The notes: generated by a model from the letters alone, not told the origin. A stretch of 64,000 nucleotides of DNA from Bacteroidales bacterium (GCA_017634595.1 JAGBNC010000009.1:5559-69558); one strand, 5' to 3'; positions 30,169 through 40,334 are shown, numbered from the stretch's first letter. A program made the numbers and translations.

Positions 30169-30786
30169 ATGAAAGTTTTAATTATCAACGGGAGCCCACG
30201 ACTTAAAGGAAATACCTCCATTGCTCTTGCAGAAATTGCAAAGACACTTGGAGAAGAGGGTATTGACAGTGAAACTGTGTGGATTGGCAACAAGCCTATA
30301 AGAGGATGCATTGCTTGCAACCAGTGTGGTAAGAAGCCGGGAGCATGCGTCTTCAATGACGATATCTGCAACGAAATAAGTGCGAAATATGCCGCTGCTG
30401 ACGCGCTAATCGTAGGCTCTCCCGTTTATTACGGGCAACCTAATGGTGCACTCTTATCCATCATACAGCGTTCCTTCTATTCCAACGGTGGTAATATTGC
30501 CGGAAAGCCGGCCGCAGCGGTAGCTGTATGCCGAAGAGGAGGAGCAACGGCAGCCTTTGAGACGCTCAACCTCCCGTTCCAGATGATGAACATGCCCGTT
30601 CTCGGTTCTCAGTATTGGAACATTGTCTATGGTCGCGAGCCAGGTCAGGCTGCGCTTGATCAGGAAGGTCTTCAGACCATGCGGGCCTTGGCGCACAATA
30701 TGGCCTGGTTGCTGAAGGCAACGGATGGCAGGCCCGCACCCGGCCGCGGTGACGAGCCGTGGACGCCAATGCATTTCATCAGGTAG
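30169..30786 (+). CDS. Iron-sulfur flavoprotein (flavodoxin family)
   Basis: INGSPR.KGNT, GCIACNQC, GSPVYYG, RRGGAT. Confidence 0.9.
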   Translation: MKVLIINGSPRLKGNTSIALAEIAKTLGEEGIDSETVWIGNKPIRGCIACNQCGKKPGACVFNDDICNEISAKYAAADALIVGSPVYYGQPNGALLSIIQRSFYSNGGNIAGKPAAAVAVCRRGGATAAFETLNLPFQMMNMPVLGSQYWNIVYGREPGQAALDQEGLQTMRALAHNMAWLLKATDGRPAPGRGDEPWTPMHFIR

Positions 30787-30813
30787 CCACAGTACCAGTA
30801 TATTCCCGTTTAG

Positions 30814-31101
30814 ATGAAACATAAAACCTTAAACATAAAGTTAAAGTAACTGTTATTGACAAGAAACTCTATCCTGAATACGCTCGTCAAAACTACAGCC
30901 GATCCTAACAGCGTTGCAGGTGGTCCCAAGATGCCACATTGCTCAGAAGCTTGGGATGCCATCAGCCGATACATATATACTGGTCTGCAAGGCGGCTCTA
31001 TTATGAAAGGCTGGATGAAACATGAAAATGAAATGATTTGTTGCTGCTCTGATGGAACACGGCCGGTCATCTTCAAAGTGGAGAGAATAGGCGAAGAATG
31101 A
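30814..31101 (+). pseudogene. TIGR04076-family remnant with internal deletion and frameshift
   Basis: N-terminal KHKVKVTVIDKKLYPE in one frame joins LNTLVKTTADP...CCSDGTRPVIFKVER in another at CCTGAA (30873-30878). Confidence 0.8.
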
Positions 31102-31250
31102 ATGTACAATAAGAAAATACCTCGATACCAGTTGCGGGTTTCGCATTGCGCTGGAGGTGATGGGCGGTAAATGGAAGCCGTACATCATCTATGAGTTGAC
31201 GCAGGGCCCTAAGCGACCGAGTGAGCTGCAACAGCTGCTACCGCACTCCC
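31102..31250 (+). pseudogene. HxlR-family regulator remnant
   Basis: MYNKKIP, a frameshift, then SCGFRIALEVMGGKWKPYIIYELTQGPKRPSELQ; the C-terminal half is missing. Confidence 0.8.
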
Positions 31251-31346
31251 GGACATGCGTGCATTTTCAAGTTGATGGGAATGTGACCCTCGGCACGGCT
31301 TTCCCCGTTCCGGTTGCCTTTGCTACCAGCACATCCAACCTGCTGT

Positions 31347-31465
31347 CACGTTTACCATTGCAGCGGGCCTGGACTTGCCGTTCCCGGGCCCGATTGGAGG
31401 TTTTTGTGCTGTGGCGGGCCTGGATTGGCGTTTTCCGGGCCAGATTGGAGGTTTCCGAGCTCCGG
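31347..31465 (+). repeat. 51-bp-unit element, copy 3 (no promoter tail)
   Basis: Units start at 31363 and 31414; shares the CACGTTT...CATTGC lead-in with copy 2. Confidence 0.85.
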
Positions 31466-31470
31466 CGGAC

Positions 31471-31551
31471 ATCCTGGACATCACGGCGGCTATCCGTTAC
31501 CTGCGTCATTTCGACAGGCAGATGCCTGGCACAGCGGCGACTACGCACTAA
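31471..31551 (+). pseudogene. Fragment resembling a subtype-B tannase / alpha-beta hydrolase
   Basis: ILDITAAIRYLRHFDRQMPG resembles the D.KAA.RYLR..D..MPG segment of that family. Short, so tentative. Confidence 0.4.
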
Positions 31552-31952
31552 TACAAAACCCTCAAGGACATCGTGAAGGCCATGGTGCCGCCGGTTAGGA
31601 CGATGAGTTGGTCGGGTTCGCGGATGGGGACCTGCTTTTCAGTGAGGTTGTGCTCACGAATGAGTCCGACGATTTCCTTCAGATGGGTGGCGCCTTCTTC
31701 TATTTCACTGCTGCCAAGCTTGCATTCTATAAGGGCGTATCGGCCATCGCCAAGGTGGAGGACCAGGTCGGATTCCAGACCATAGCGGTCGTGATAGTAG
31801 GACAATTCGCCGCCGAGGTTCTGGGAATAGGCTCTGAGGTCCCTTGCGCACATGTTCTCGAAGACGAAGCCGAAGGTTTTGAGTTGAGTTTGCAGGGATT
31901 CAGGTGTTGCGCCCAGATATTCAACCGGATCTTTTGCGGAGTGTCCTTTCAA
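31548..31952 (-). pseudogene. AAA_14/DUF4143 ATP-binding protein remnant
   Basis: FGFVFENMCARDL...YYHDRYGLESDLV...LIECKLG (DUF4143); ATPase domain absent and the C-terminus is cut. Confidence 0.85.
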
Positions 31953-32089
31953 GCCTATAACAATGATCTTGTTTAGATTCTTTCAAAAGCGGCTTTTATA
32001 ATTCATTGATTAAGAAATCATTGGTATGCTTTTTGATAAAACAGGACGAGAAGTGTCCTAACGCTATTATTCGTAACTTTGCACTAATC

Positions 32090-32596
32090 ATGAGAAAGCA
32101 TTACATAATCCTTCTTTTATCGGCATTGTTATTCAGCGCCTGCGGGAATCGAGAGGCGGCTAAGACTTTGGCAGCTGTGGGGGCTTATATCAATCGCTGC
32201 AAAGAATTGGTTAATTCTGCCATTTCAGATGTGTATTCCCGAAGTCATAACAGTCCTCAGGAATTAAAAAACGCGCTGGATGCGTTGAAGTACGGAAGAA
32301 GGGCTGGAGACAGTGTGGGCATTTGGTCTATAACTGGACATTTGGCCGCATGCTATGCGAATATGTACATGTGGGATGATGCAGAGAGGACGTACAACGA
32401 TTTCTTTTCCATGACAGTGTACGACTCCCTAACGTATTACCGCCGAAAAGTCAATCACGCCAAAGCGATATTGCAGGGGCCTCAGCCTAATGCAAAACGT
32501 TGTATTGGGATTCTTGAGGAGGCTGCCGGTCATAATCTCTTGTCTATGGAAGGCTACTGCCTTTTTCCTCTTGATTGCCTTGCTACAGTAAGTTAA
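32090..32596 (+). pseudogene. Truncated TPR-like lipoprotein remnant
   Basis: Lipobox FSA-C and helical TPR-like segments with abrupt joins; TAACTTTG promoter at 32074. Confidence 0.45.
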
Positions 32597-32620
32597 ATTT
32601 ATGTAATATAATGGTAGTAT

Positions 32621-33331
32621 ATGAAAATTAAAAAGTTATTTTTGACCATCCTCTTTACGACATCGGTCCTTTGCCTCAATGCACAAAAAAAAGGTGATAT
32701 TTCGCTAGGCCTTTCTGCCGGGATTTCGTACACAGATGCTACGTCATTGTCAAAGACAACAATTAGCGGAAACACTGATAATAACTCAATTTACTCATTT
32801 GGTGTTTCAGCATCGCCCGAAATCGGTTATTTTATCGTCAATAACTTGAAAATTTCCTTATCAGGCGGCTATGCTCTACAATCCGAGAGAAAAGAGGGCC
32901 GGTATGGAGGAGTGGAACCAAAGATGTCCACAGGTGTTTTCTCCGTTGGCCCAAGTATTTCGTACTATCTGAAGGTAGCGCGGGGGCTGTACTTTACACC
33001 TGAGTTCGGTGCCTTCTATGCATTTGGTACGACAAATCAGCGGGACCTCTCCTTTAGTATTTCAGGTTCGGTATTCGATCCCAGACATAAAACCGCTACC
33101 GTGGACGTTTCTGAGTACTCGGCCAAATTGCATGGATTTGAACTGGCCGCCAGCCTGATTGCCCTTGAATACAAACCCTCAGACAGAATCGGCATTGCTG
33201 TTTCCTTCGGTCAGATTGAATATGTCTCCTTATCGGGAGAAGTAGAAGAAAAGAATATCAGTATTGATAGTCAGACTATTGGCTTTCGAATGAATACTTC
33301 CGCTGTTGTCGGACTGCGCTTTTACCTGTAA
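32621..33331 (+). CDS. Outer-membrane beta-barrel protein
   Basis: Signal peptide, alternating beta strands (SPEIGYF, GPSISYY), C-terminal GLRFYL. Confidence 0.85.
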   Translation: MKIKKLFLTILFTTSVLCLNAQKKGDISLGLSAGISYTDATSLSKTTISGNTDNNSIYSFGVSASPEIGYFIVNNLKISLSGGYALQSERKEGRYGGVEPKMSTGVFSVGPSISYYLKVARGLYFTPEFGAFYAFGTTNQRDLSFSISGSVFDPRHKTATVDVSEYSAKLHGFELAASLIALEYKPSDRIGIAVSFGQIEYVSLSGEVEEKNISIDSQTIGFRMNTSAVVGLRFYL

Positions 33332-33477
33332 GTATACGCAAATTGGACATGCCATCTGTGGTGAACCTTCAAACATTGTCAAAGATTTTCAGTACTTGCG
33401 ATAATTCTTCCGGAAATATTGATAACGGTGCATCGGTGCAAACTACGTACCTTTGCATCAGTTAATTGATTACGACT

Positions 33478-33996
33478 ATGGCAAAGACACTTATCGCATT
33501 CTACTCCCGTCGCGGAGAAAACTGGGTGGACGGCAGCATCCGCTTCCTTCCCAAAGGCAATAACGAGGTTATTGTGGAGAAGATCAAGGCTCAGCTTCCT
33601 GAGGCCGATGTCTTCCAGATCGAAACTGTGAAGAAATACTCCGACGACTATTTGGTCTGCATCGAGGAGGCCAAGCAGGAACTCCGCGCCAAGGCCCGTC
33701 CGGAGCTTACCGCCAAAGTAGAAAACATGGACCAGTACGACACCATCATCCTGGGTTATCCCAATTGGTGGGGCGTGCCGCCGATGGCCGTTTTCACATT
33801 CCTGGAGAGTTATGACTTCGCAGGAAAAAAGATTGTTCCCTTCTGTTCCCACGAGGGCAGCGGCCTGGGCGGCAGCATCCGTCAGATCAAGATGGCCGTT
33901 CCCGATGCCAATCTTACCGCAGGAGTAGCCATACACGGGGCTGCTGCATCCCACTGTGACCGTGAAGTTAACCTTATCTTAGCACAGGCCAAATAA
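33478..33996 (+). CDS. Flavodoxin
   Basis: IAFYSRRGEN, LGYPNWWG, PFCSHEGSGLG. Confidence 0.92.
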   Translation: MAKTLIAFYSRRGENWVDGSIRFLPKGNNEVIVEKIKAQLPEADVFQIETVKKYSDDYLVCIEEAKQELRAKARPELTAKVENMDQYDTIILGYPNWWGVPPMAVFTFLESYDFAGKKIVPFCSHEGSGLGGSIRQIKMAVPDANLTAGVAIHGAAASHCDREVNLILAQAK

Positions 33997-34559
33997 TGAA
34001 ACGTATCATCCTTACCATCATCCTTGCCCTTGCTGCACTGACCGCATCGGCCCAGACCCTCGTCGTCTATTATTCCAAACCGGGTGAAACCTATACACCG
34101 GACGGAATCATCAACCTAAAAAAAGGAAACACTCAGGAAGTGGCAGAGCGCATCCAGAAGCTCGCCGGGGCCGACATCTTCCGCGTGGAGACCGTCAAGG
34201 CCTATCCAGATGACCACATGAAACTCATCGATGTGGCGAAAGAGGAGCTGAATGCCAAGGCCCGCCCGGCAATCAAAGGCGATATCGACATCTCTAAGTA
34301 CGACACCATTTACATCGGCTGGCCGTGCTGGTGGGGGACACTGCCGATGTGCATGTTTACCTTTATCGACAAGCACGACTGGACCGGCAAGACCGTGGTT
34401 CCTTTCACTACCCATGAAGGCAGTGGCTTCGGCAGCGGACTCCGCGACCTGAAGGCCGCCGTCAAGGGAGCGACCGTCACCAAAGGCCTGTCCCTTCGCG
34501 GTACGGACGCCCGCTCCAGTGACGCCCAGATCAAGAAATTCGTGTCCGACGGCAAGTGA
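33996..34559 (+). CDS. Flavodoxin with N-terminal signal peptide
   Basis: MKRIILTIILALAALTASA-Q; VVYYSKPG, IGWPCWWG, PFTTHEGSGFG. Confidence 0.9.
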   Translation: MKRIILTIILALAALTASAQTLVVYYSKPGETYTPDGIINLKKGNTQEVAERIQKLAGADIFRVETVKAYPDDHMKLIDVAKEELNAKARPAIKGDIDISKYDTIYIGWPCWWGTLPMCMFTFIDKHDWTGKTVVPFTTHEGSGFGSGLRDLKAAVKGATVTKGLSLRGTDARSSDAQIKKFVSDGK

Positions 34560-34763
34560 ATTACTACAGCGTATAGACTGACTCCCTGGAAATCACCGTT
34601 GATGGAGATACCGCTCGGATGGAGGGGAGAAGCAGGGTGAATGCGGCGGTCTATTGGACTCGCGGCTCCGCAAAGAAAACGGGGCGTGGCGAATAGCTTA
34701 CAGCAGTGCCTCCACCTACTGAGAAATTTTGATAAGCAAGAAATCTTCTGTACCTTCGCGGGT

Positions 34764-35570
34764 ATGGAAGATTTTTTGATTTACAATACCCTGGGAGACG
34801 GGAAGTATCCGGATGCCTATAAGGAAAACTATCACTGCCACATCCTTTGCCGCAGCGGTGAGATGCATTTTGAAGCCGTGGGAAAGACCTTCACAGCAGG
34901 TCCCGGCGACTTGGTCATATGGCAGATGACCACGGCTGTCTCAAAAGTGCAGTATTCAGCGGACTTCGATGCCGATTTCGTGCTCATTTCCAATCCTTTC
35001 CTGAATCTGTACAATCCGGAGCAGGTGTGGGCCACCAAGGGCTATGTGTATATCAAAAGCCATCCGGTATTCCACCTGGAAAACGACGAGTGGGATGTCA
35101 TTGAGGCCGATTTCGAGCAGTTCCGCCACCGGATACACTCCCGCTTCAATCTCTTTTACGATGACAAGGTGGGACGGGTCTTCCAACTGCTGCTGATGGA
35201 CATGTGGGCCATCTATTCCCGCGAGATGGAAAAGATGGATACAGACGAGACCTCGGCTCGTATCTTCATGAAGTTCCTGTACTTGGTCCAGCAGAATTGC
35301 CGGGAGCAGCGGGAGGTGGCCTGGTATGCCGACAAGCTTTGCGTTACGCCTAAATACCTGTCGGCCGTCTGCCAAAAGATGACGGGGAAAAGCGCCTCAT
35401 ACTGGATTGAGTACTACACCCTCCATGAGATCCTGCTCCTGCTGAACAATCCCGACTTGACCCTAACGGACGTGACCGACAGGATGCATTTCCCGGCCCC
35501 GCCTATGCTTACCCGCTACTTCAAGAGAGTGACGGGGGTTACACCTTCCGAATACAGAGCCGGGAAATAA
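34764..35570 (+). CDS. AraC-family transcriptional regulator
   Basis: VAWYADKLCVTPKYLS...LTRYFKRVTGVTPSEYR. Start at MEDFLI after a TACCTTCG promoter-like element. Confidence 0.92.
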   Translation: MEDFLIYNTLGDGKYPDAYKENYHCHILCRSGEMHFEAVGKTFTAGPGDLVIWQMTTAVSKVQYSADFDADFVLISNPFLNLYNPEQVWATKGYVYIKSHPVFHLENDEWDVIEADFEQFRHRIHSRFNLFYDDKVGRVFQLLLMDMWAIYSREMEKMDTDETSARIFMKFLYLVQQNCREQREVAWYADKLCVTPKYLSAVCQKMTGKSASYWIEYYTLHEILLLLNNPDLTLTDVTDRMHFPAPPMLTRYFKRVTGVTPSEYRAGK

Positions 35571-35694
35571 GCCTCAGTGTATCGATTTCAGATACTGCAG
35601 GTCGCCGTACCAGTATGATGCCGTGCAGCGCCCCGGCGGCCCCAGAAGCTCCAGCTCAATCCGTCATTCCGGATTGCAGCGTACCCTGCGCATG

Positions 35695-35781
35695 TCAGTC
35701 ATGGATTTTGGTGCCTCTGATCCACTTGACGACATCGACAGCCGGCATCTTCACGCCGTTGTTGAGTGTTACTTCTTTCAT
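35695..35781 (-). pseudogene. Collapsed aldo/keto reductase (28 aa)
   Basis: MKEVTLNNGVKMPA (compare TLNNGVVMP in 36313..37260) is fused to a C-terminal-like VDVVKWIRGTKIHD*. Confidence 0.75.
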
Positions 35782-36308
35782 GGTTCGATGGCTTTAATTA
35801 GTTTAGCCGGATTACCGCCAACGACGGTATTGGGAGCTACGTCTTTGGTGACAACGGCCCCCGCTGCCACAACAGCATTTTCGCCAACTGTCACGCCAGG
35901 CAGGATAGTTGCACCGGCGCCAATCCAGGCATTGCGGCAGATATGAACAGGTTTGCAAACCAGCAGCTGGTGGTCGTGCAGGTCGTGATTATTGGAGATA
36001 AGCTGTACGTTGGCGGCAATCATGGCGCCATCATCGATGGTAATGCCGCCTCGGGACATCATCAGGCTTCCGCCCATAACAAGCACATTCTCACCAATGG
36101 TCACTTGATCGGCACAAACCAGATTGATCGGGGGCAGTACGCGGCTACCTTCTCCTATCTTTCCGGCAAAGAGTTCTTTTACCAGGTTGTCATACTCTTC
36201 GGTATAGGGCATCGTATGGTTGATGCTGAATGCCAACTTTACATCGCGCATACCGCGCTCGAATTCTTCCAGTCCGCTTTTGCGGGGATCCACAATAAAC
36301 CCGTCCAT
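35778..36308 (-). CDS. Sugar O-acetyltransferase (hexapeptide repeat, Maa/LacA-like)
   Basis: KPVHICRNAWIGAGATILPGVTVGENAVVAAGAVVTKDV...GGNPAK. Confidence 0.92.
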   Translation of the reverse strand: MDGFIVDPRKSGLEEFERGMRDVKLAFSINHTMPYTEEYDNLVKELFAGKIGEGSRVLPPINLVCADQVTIGENVLVMGGSLMMSRGGITIDDGAMIAANVQLISNNHDLHDHQLLVCKPVHICRNAWIGAGATILPGVTVGENAVVAAGAVVTKDVAPNTVVGGNPAKLIKAIEP

Positions 36309-36312
36309 AGTC

Positions 36313-37260
36313 TTAGTCCCAAATCTCATAGTTCTCCATCCATTCCTTGATCTGCTGATAGTTCAGCGTGAAGTAGCGCTTCTCCTGGTTCAGGGAAGCC
36401 ATCTTGGCCATTTCCGCATCGCTCAGCTCGAAATCGAAGACCTCGATGTTCTCCTGGATGTGCTTGGGATTGGAGGAACCGGGTACGACGCTGAAGCCCT
36501 TCTGGATATGCCAACGGATGATGACCTGGGCAGCGGACTTGCCGTGGGCGGCAGCAATCTCGTTGATGACAGGGTCACGGAGGATTTCTCCCTTGCTGTC
36601 ACGGCCGCCGAGCGGGAACCAGCATTCAATCTTGATGTCATACTTCTTGGCCATTTCCTGCCAGTGTTCACGCTGGGCATAAGGGTGGCACTCGATCTGG
36701 AACATCTGAGGTTTGATACGGGCAGGCTCCACGATGGAGTTGAACAGCTCGTCGTCGAAGTCGAAATCACTGATGCCGATAGCACGCACCTTTCCTGCTT
36801 CAAGAGCGGTCTCCAGGGCCTTCCAGCCACCGTTGTAGTCCCTCAACGGCTGATGCAGATAAACCAGGTCAAGATACTCAAGACCAAGACGCTCCAGCAT
36901 CTTGTCCAGCTGCTTGGGAGTAATATCCTCACCGTACTCGTTGGGCCAGAGTTTGGAAGTAACCCAGATGGAGTCGCGGGGGATGCCGCTGTCCTTGATG
37001 GCACGGCCTACGCTGCGCTCGTTGCCGTATGCGTGAGCGGTGTCAATGTGTCGATAACCGGCTTTCAGAGCAGCCAGCACGGAATTGTAAGTGATTTCCC
37101 CGTCAGGGATAGAATAGACGCCAAGTCCGAACTGTGGCATTACGACGCCATTGTTAAGTGTAAGAGTTGTCTGATTCATGGGTAAAGTGTTTTGTGCTTT
37201 GTTTTGGGTTGAGCAGCTCACCGCAAGGAGGATGGCTGCAAGGCTGAGGATACGTTTCAT
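36313..37260 (-). CDS. Aldo/keto reductase (2,5-DKG reductase-like) with lipoprotein signal
   Basis: Lipobox LAVS-C; HIDTAHAYGNE, WVTSKLW, DLVYLHQP. Confidence 0.92.
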   Translation of the reverse strand: MKRILSLAAILLAVSCSTQNKAQNTLPMNQTTLTLNNGVVMPQFGLGVYSIPDGEITYNSVLAALKAGYRHIDTAHAYGNERSVGRAIKDSGIPRDSIWVTSKLWPNEYGEDITPKQLDKMLERLGLEYLDLVYLHQPLRDYNGGWKALETALEAGKVRAIGISDFDFDDELFNSIVEPARIKPQMFQIECHPYAQREHWQEMAKKYDIKIECWFPLGGRDSKGEILRDPVINEIAAAHGKSAAQVIIRWHIQKGFSVVPGSSNPKHIQENIEVFDFELSDAEMAKMASLNQEKRYFTLNYQQIKEWMENYEIWD

Positions 37261-37263
37261 GGC

Positions 37264-38118
37264 TTACGAGAGTTGAATGTTATACTTTCCGGTCTTGATG
37301 GCGGCGATCATGCCTCCGTCCACAAGGAGGTCGGTGCCGGTGATGAAGGAGGCCTTGTCGCTCAGGAGGAACTCGGCTGCGGAAGCGATCTCGGCCGGGT
37401 TGCCGACACGCTGTACAGGAGAAGCCTCGATCATCTTCTGGTAACCCTCACCGGCAGCATTGAACTCATCGTACGCCAGGGGAGTGACGACGATACCGGG
37501 GCTGATGGTGTTGATGCGGGCGCCGCGTCTGCCCCAGTCGATGGCAGCCTTGCGGACGCGCAGCTGGTTGGCACGCTTGGCCAGTACGTATGCATAACCG
37601 GAGTTAGGGACGGCCGTATCTGACAGGCAGTCCAAGGCTGCCAGTTTATCACTTTCCGTCACAGTGAGTGCTGTCTCCACTTCCTGCGGCAGCGGAGCGG
37701 GCAGCATGTAGCCGGTCATCGAAGATATGAGTATGCCGGCGCCGCCACGGGCCATCACCTTCCCGAAAGAATCCAGGGCGTATGCCGAGCCGATGAGGTC
37801 AAGGTTGATGATATGGGCAGGGTCGGTCTGATGAGGAGATGCACCTGCGGTATTGATGAAGTACATCACGGGGCCAAGGGAGGCGGCCTTTTGGGCAAAA
37901 GCCTCGATGGAATTCTTATCGGAGGCATCCACCTTCATGGTCTCCACGGCATAGCCGCTGAAGCGGAGTTTCTCGGATGCGGCGGCAAGGGCCTTTTCGC
38001 TGATGTCGCCAAGGAGAATTGTACGGTTAGCTGCAATGCGCTCCACAATGGCGGTTCCCATGGAGCCTGCACCCAGCAGGGCTACTACTTCATTGTTCTG
38101 GTTGTAGTTGAAAATCAT
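37264..38118 (-). CDS. SDR-family oxidoreductase
   Basis: GAGSMG, NTAG, catalytic YVLAK, RINTISPG, FITGTDLLVDGG. Confidence 0.9.
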   Translation of the reverse strand: MIFNYNQNNEVVALLGAGSMGTAIVERIAANRTILLGDISEKALAAASEKLRFSGYAVETMKVDASDKNSIEAFAQKAASLGPVMYFINTAGASPHQTDPAHIINLDLIGSAYALDSFGKVMARGGAGILISSMTGYMLPAPLPQEVETALTVTESDKLAALDCLSDTAVPNSGYAYVLAKRANQLRVRKAAIDWGRRGARINTISPGIVVTPLAYDEFNAAGEGYQKMIEASPVQRVGNPAEIASAAEFLLSDKASFITGTDLLVDGGMIAAIKTGKYNIQLS

Positions 38119-38137
38119 ATCTATAGCTGTTTTGAGT

Positions 38138-38878
38138 TTATTCTATGTTGATACTTTCTCCAGGAAGGACAATCATTTTATTGGGCGCGTCAAAGGCTTC
38201 GGCTGCATCTCTGTCGAACATCTCTCCTTGACCGGATGTATCATTGTGATATGGGATATTGTGTTTAGCCTGGATCATCCTGGCGGCGCGGGCAGCTTCC
38301 TCGTTCCCCATGTTGAAGTATCCGTCGGTGCAGAGGAAGGCATAGTCGATGTGCATCTCGCTCATACGGGACATCTGGTCGGTGATAGATGTATCGCCGG
38401 AGACATAGACCTTCTTCCCATTCGTAAAGGTGAGTACATAACCGACGCAGCTGCGCACATCGTGATAACGGTTGAATCCAGCCTCCACGGCCTCTACTTT
38501 CACCCAGCCAAGGTCAAAGGTCTTGTGCTCACCGTCAACGACGGCATCCTTGGCCAGGATGATCCGGCAGCCATCGTTCCGCTTCCCGATCAGGCTCACC
38601 TTGTTGTGGTCATAATGCTCGTGCGTCACGAGAATGAGGTCCGCCGCGAGGTTGTACTGACTCCCAGCGAAGGGATCGATATAGATGACCCTTCCTGTCT
38701 CCGTCACGATGCGGATACTGGCTTGGCCCATGTATAGGAGTTCCACTTTTCCTGTGTTTTGAGGTTCCTCCCGGCCGTCTTCCGGCTGGACAAACGCATT
38801 GCTTTCCTTCCCGCAGGCCTGGCAGGATACTGCGAGAAGGAGAGTAGCCATTATGCAAGTGATGCGTGTCATCATCAA
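38138..38878 (-). CDS. MBL-fold metallo-hydrolase lipoprotein
   Basis: Lipobox LAVS-C; YIDP, THEHYDH, YVSGDT, IPYH. Confidence 0.88.
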   Translation of the reverse strand: MMMTRITCIMATLLLAVSCQACGKESNAFVQPEDGREEPQNTGKVELLYMGQASIRIVTETGRVIYIDPFAGSQYNLAADLILVTHEHYDHNKVSLIGKRNDGCRIILAKDAVVDGEHKTFDLGWVKVEAVEAGFNRYHDVRSCVGYVLTFTNGKKVYVSGDTSITDQMSRMSEMHIDYAFLCTDGYFNMGNEEAARAARMIQAKHNIPYHNDTSGQGEMFDRDAAEAFDAPNKMIVLPGESINIE

Positions 38879-39855
38879 TAGGAAGCGAATCGCTGGTTGC
38901 GTTCAAGGGCATTGATGCGGGACATCTCGTCGGCCGTGAGCTCAAAGTCGAAGATGTCGAAGTCATCGGCAATGTGCTTGGCGTTGGTGGAGCCGGGGAT
39001 GGCGATGACACCGCTCTGCAGGTGCCAGCGGAGGAGGACCTGATAGGTACTCTTGCCGTGGGCGGATGCGATGTCCTTGATGACTTGCAGATTGTTGAGC
39101 GTACGGATGCCGGTGCCACGGCCGCCCAGCGGGAACCAAGCTTCAAGGATGGTACCGAGGGGAGCGATGTGCGACTTCACGTCCTTGCTCTGACGGTAGG
39201 GGTGCGTCTCGTTCTGCAGGACGGCGGGCTTGATGGTGGCAATCTTCATCATGCGGTCCACATCTTCCTCATAGAAGTTGGAGAGGCCGATGGAGTGGAT
39301 CTTTCCGGCCTTGACGCCACGTTCCATGGCTTGATAGGCGTGCTCGTCGCCTGCTGCGCTGTGGTGCAGCAGAAGCAGGTCCACATAGTCCAGCCCCAGG
39401 CGCTCCAGCCGCTCATCCACTTCGTAGTCGGCGTTGGCAAAGCTGGTGGTCCAGAGCTTGGAAGTGACGAAGATTTCTTCGCGCTTGATGCCGAAGTCCT
39501 TCATAGCCCGGGCAATGCCGCGGCCGACGCCTACCTCATTGCCGTAGATGTCTGCGGTGTCAATCAGACGCATGCCCACCTTGAGGGCATTGTACACGGA
39601 CTCTTCGGCCTGCGATGTGGAAAGATAGTATGTGCCTATGCCGATGATGGGCATCTGGTAACCGCTGTTGAGCAGCACGGTCTTAGTCTCAAAATTGAAA
39701 GGGTTGGTCATGTCGTTTGTCTCTTTTCCTGTGTTCTCTTCCGGCTGGGAAGGTGTCTCTTTTTCCGGCTCTTCTGTGACCGGGATGGTGGCAGCGGATG
39801 TGCATCCCCAAGCCAGAAGGCCCATAAGGGCAAGTGTGAGTGTCATTGTTTTCAT
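38875..39855 (-). CDS. Aldo/keto reductase with lipoprotein signal
   Basis: MKTMTLTLALMGLLAWG-C; LIDTADIYGNE, FVTSKLW, DLLLLHH, AIPGSTN. Confidence 0.92.
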   Translation of the reverse strand: MKTMTLTLALMGLLAWGCTSAATIPVTEEPEKETPSQPEENTGKETNDMTNPFNFETKTVLLNSGYQMPIIGIGTYYLSTSQAEESVYNALKVGMRLIDTADIYGNEVGVGRGIARAMKDFGIKREEIFVTSKLWTTSFANADYEVDERLERLGLDYVDLLLLHHSAAGDEHAYQAMERGVKAGKIHSIGLSNFYEEDVDRMMKIATIKPAVLQNETHPYRQSKDVKSHIAPLGTILEAWFPLGGRGTGIRTLNNLQVIKDIASAHGKSTYQVLLRWHLQSGVIAIPGSTNAKHIADDFDIFDFELTADEMSRINALERNQRFASY

Positions 39856-40057
39856 GTCCTTGTAGTTATCTGACGCAAAAGTAATGGGAAACGACCTTTT
39901 TTCCGTTATCAATTTTCCGGTTAATTTTGCTCATTTTTCCGTCCGGGAACCAAAAACAGTAATAATGGTAAAACTAACCGTAAAATAGGTAAAGCCGGAG
40001 AGAGAAGAATTGTACTTTTGCAATACAAATCAGTGTAAATGAAAAAGATAGTAAGCC

Positions 40058-40334
40058 ATGCAGGATTATCGGATACTGAATAATCGGACAGACAGTGTGT
40101 CTCCGGAAGTTTTCCATGCCGACTATCATATTCACTTGCTCCCAAGTATCTCTCCGAAATCAGCAAGAACATCACCGGGAGGCCCGCCATGGACTGGATA
40201 GAAACCTATACGGCTCACGAACTCACCAAACTCCTTTCCGACACGCGCCTTACACTGACGGAAATCGTAGACCGTATGCATTTATCTTCCCAAGCCATGC
40301 TCACACGCTACCTGAAAAGGACTGTAGGAAAGAC
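40058..40334 (+). pseudogene. Collapsed AraC regulator
   Basis: N-terminal FHADYHIHLL (compare YKENYHCHIL in 34764) jumps to PKYLSEISKNITGRPAMDWIE...LTRYLKRTVG. Confidence 0.75.

Noticed and set aside
36220-39873. Long antisense ORFs (36220..37185, 38866..39873; likewise 13371..14216, 47827..48831, 48979..49794, 56283..56999, 59834..60694)
   Set aside because: They are shadows of well-supported genes with GC-rich third positions and carry no recognisable motifs.
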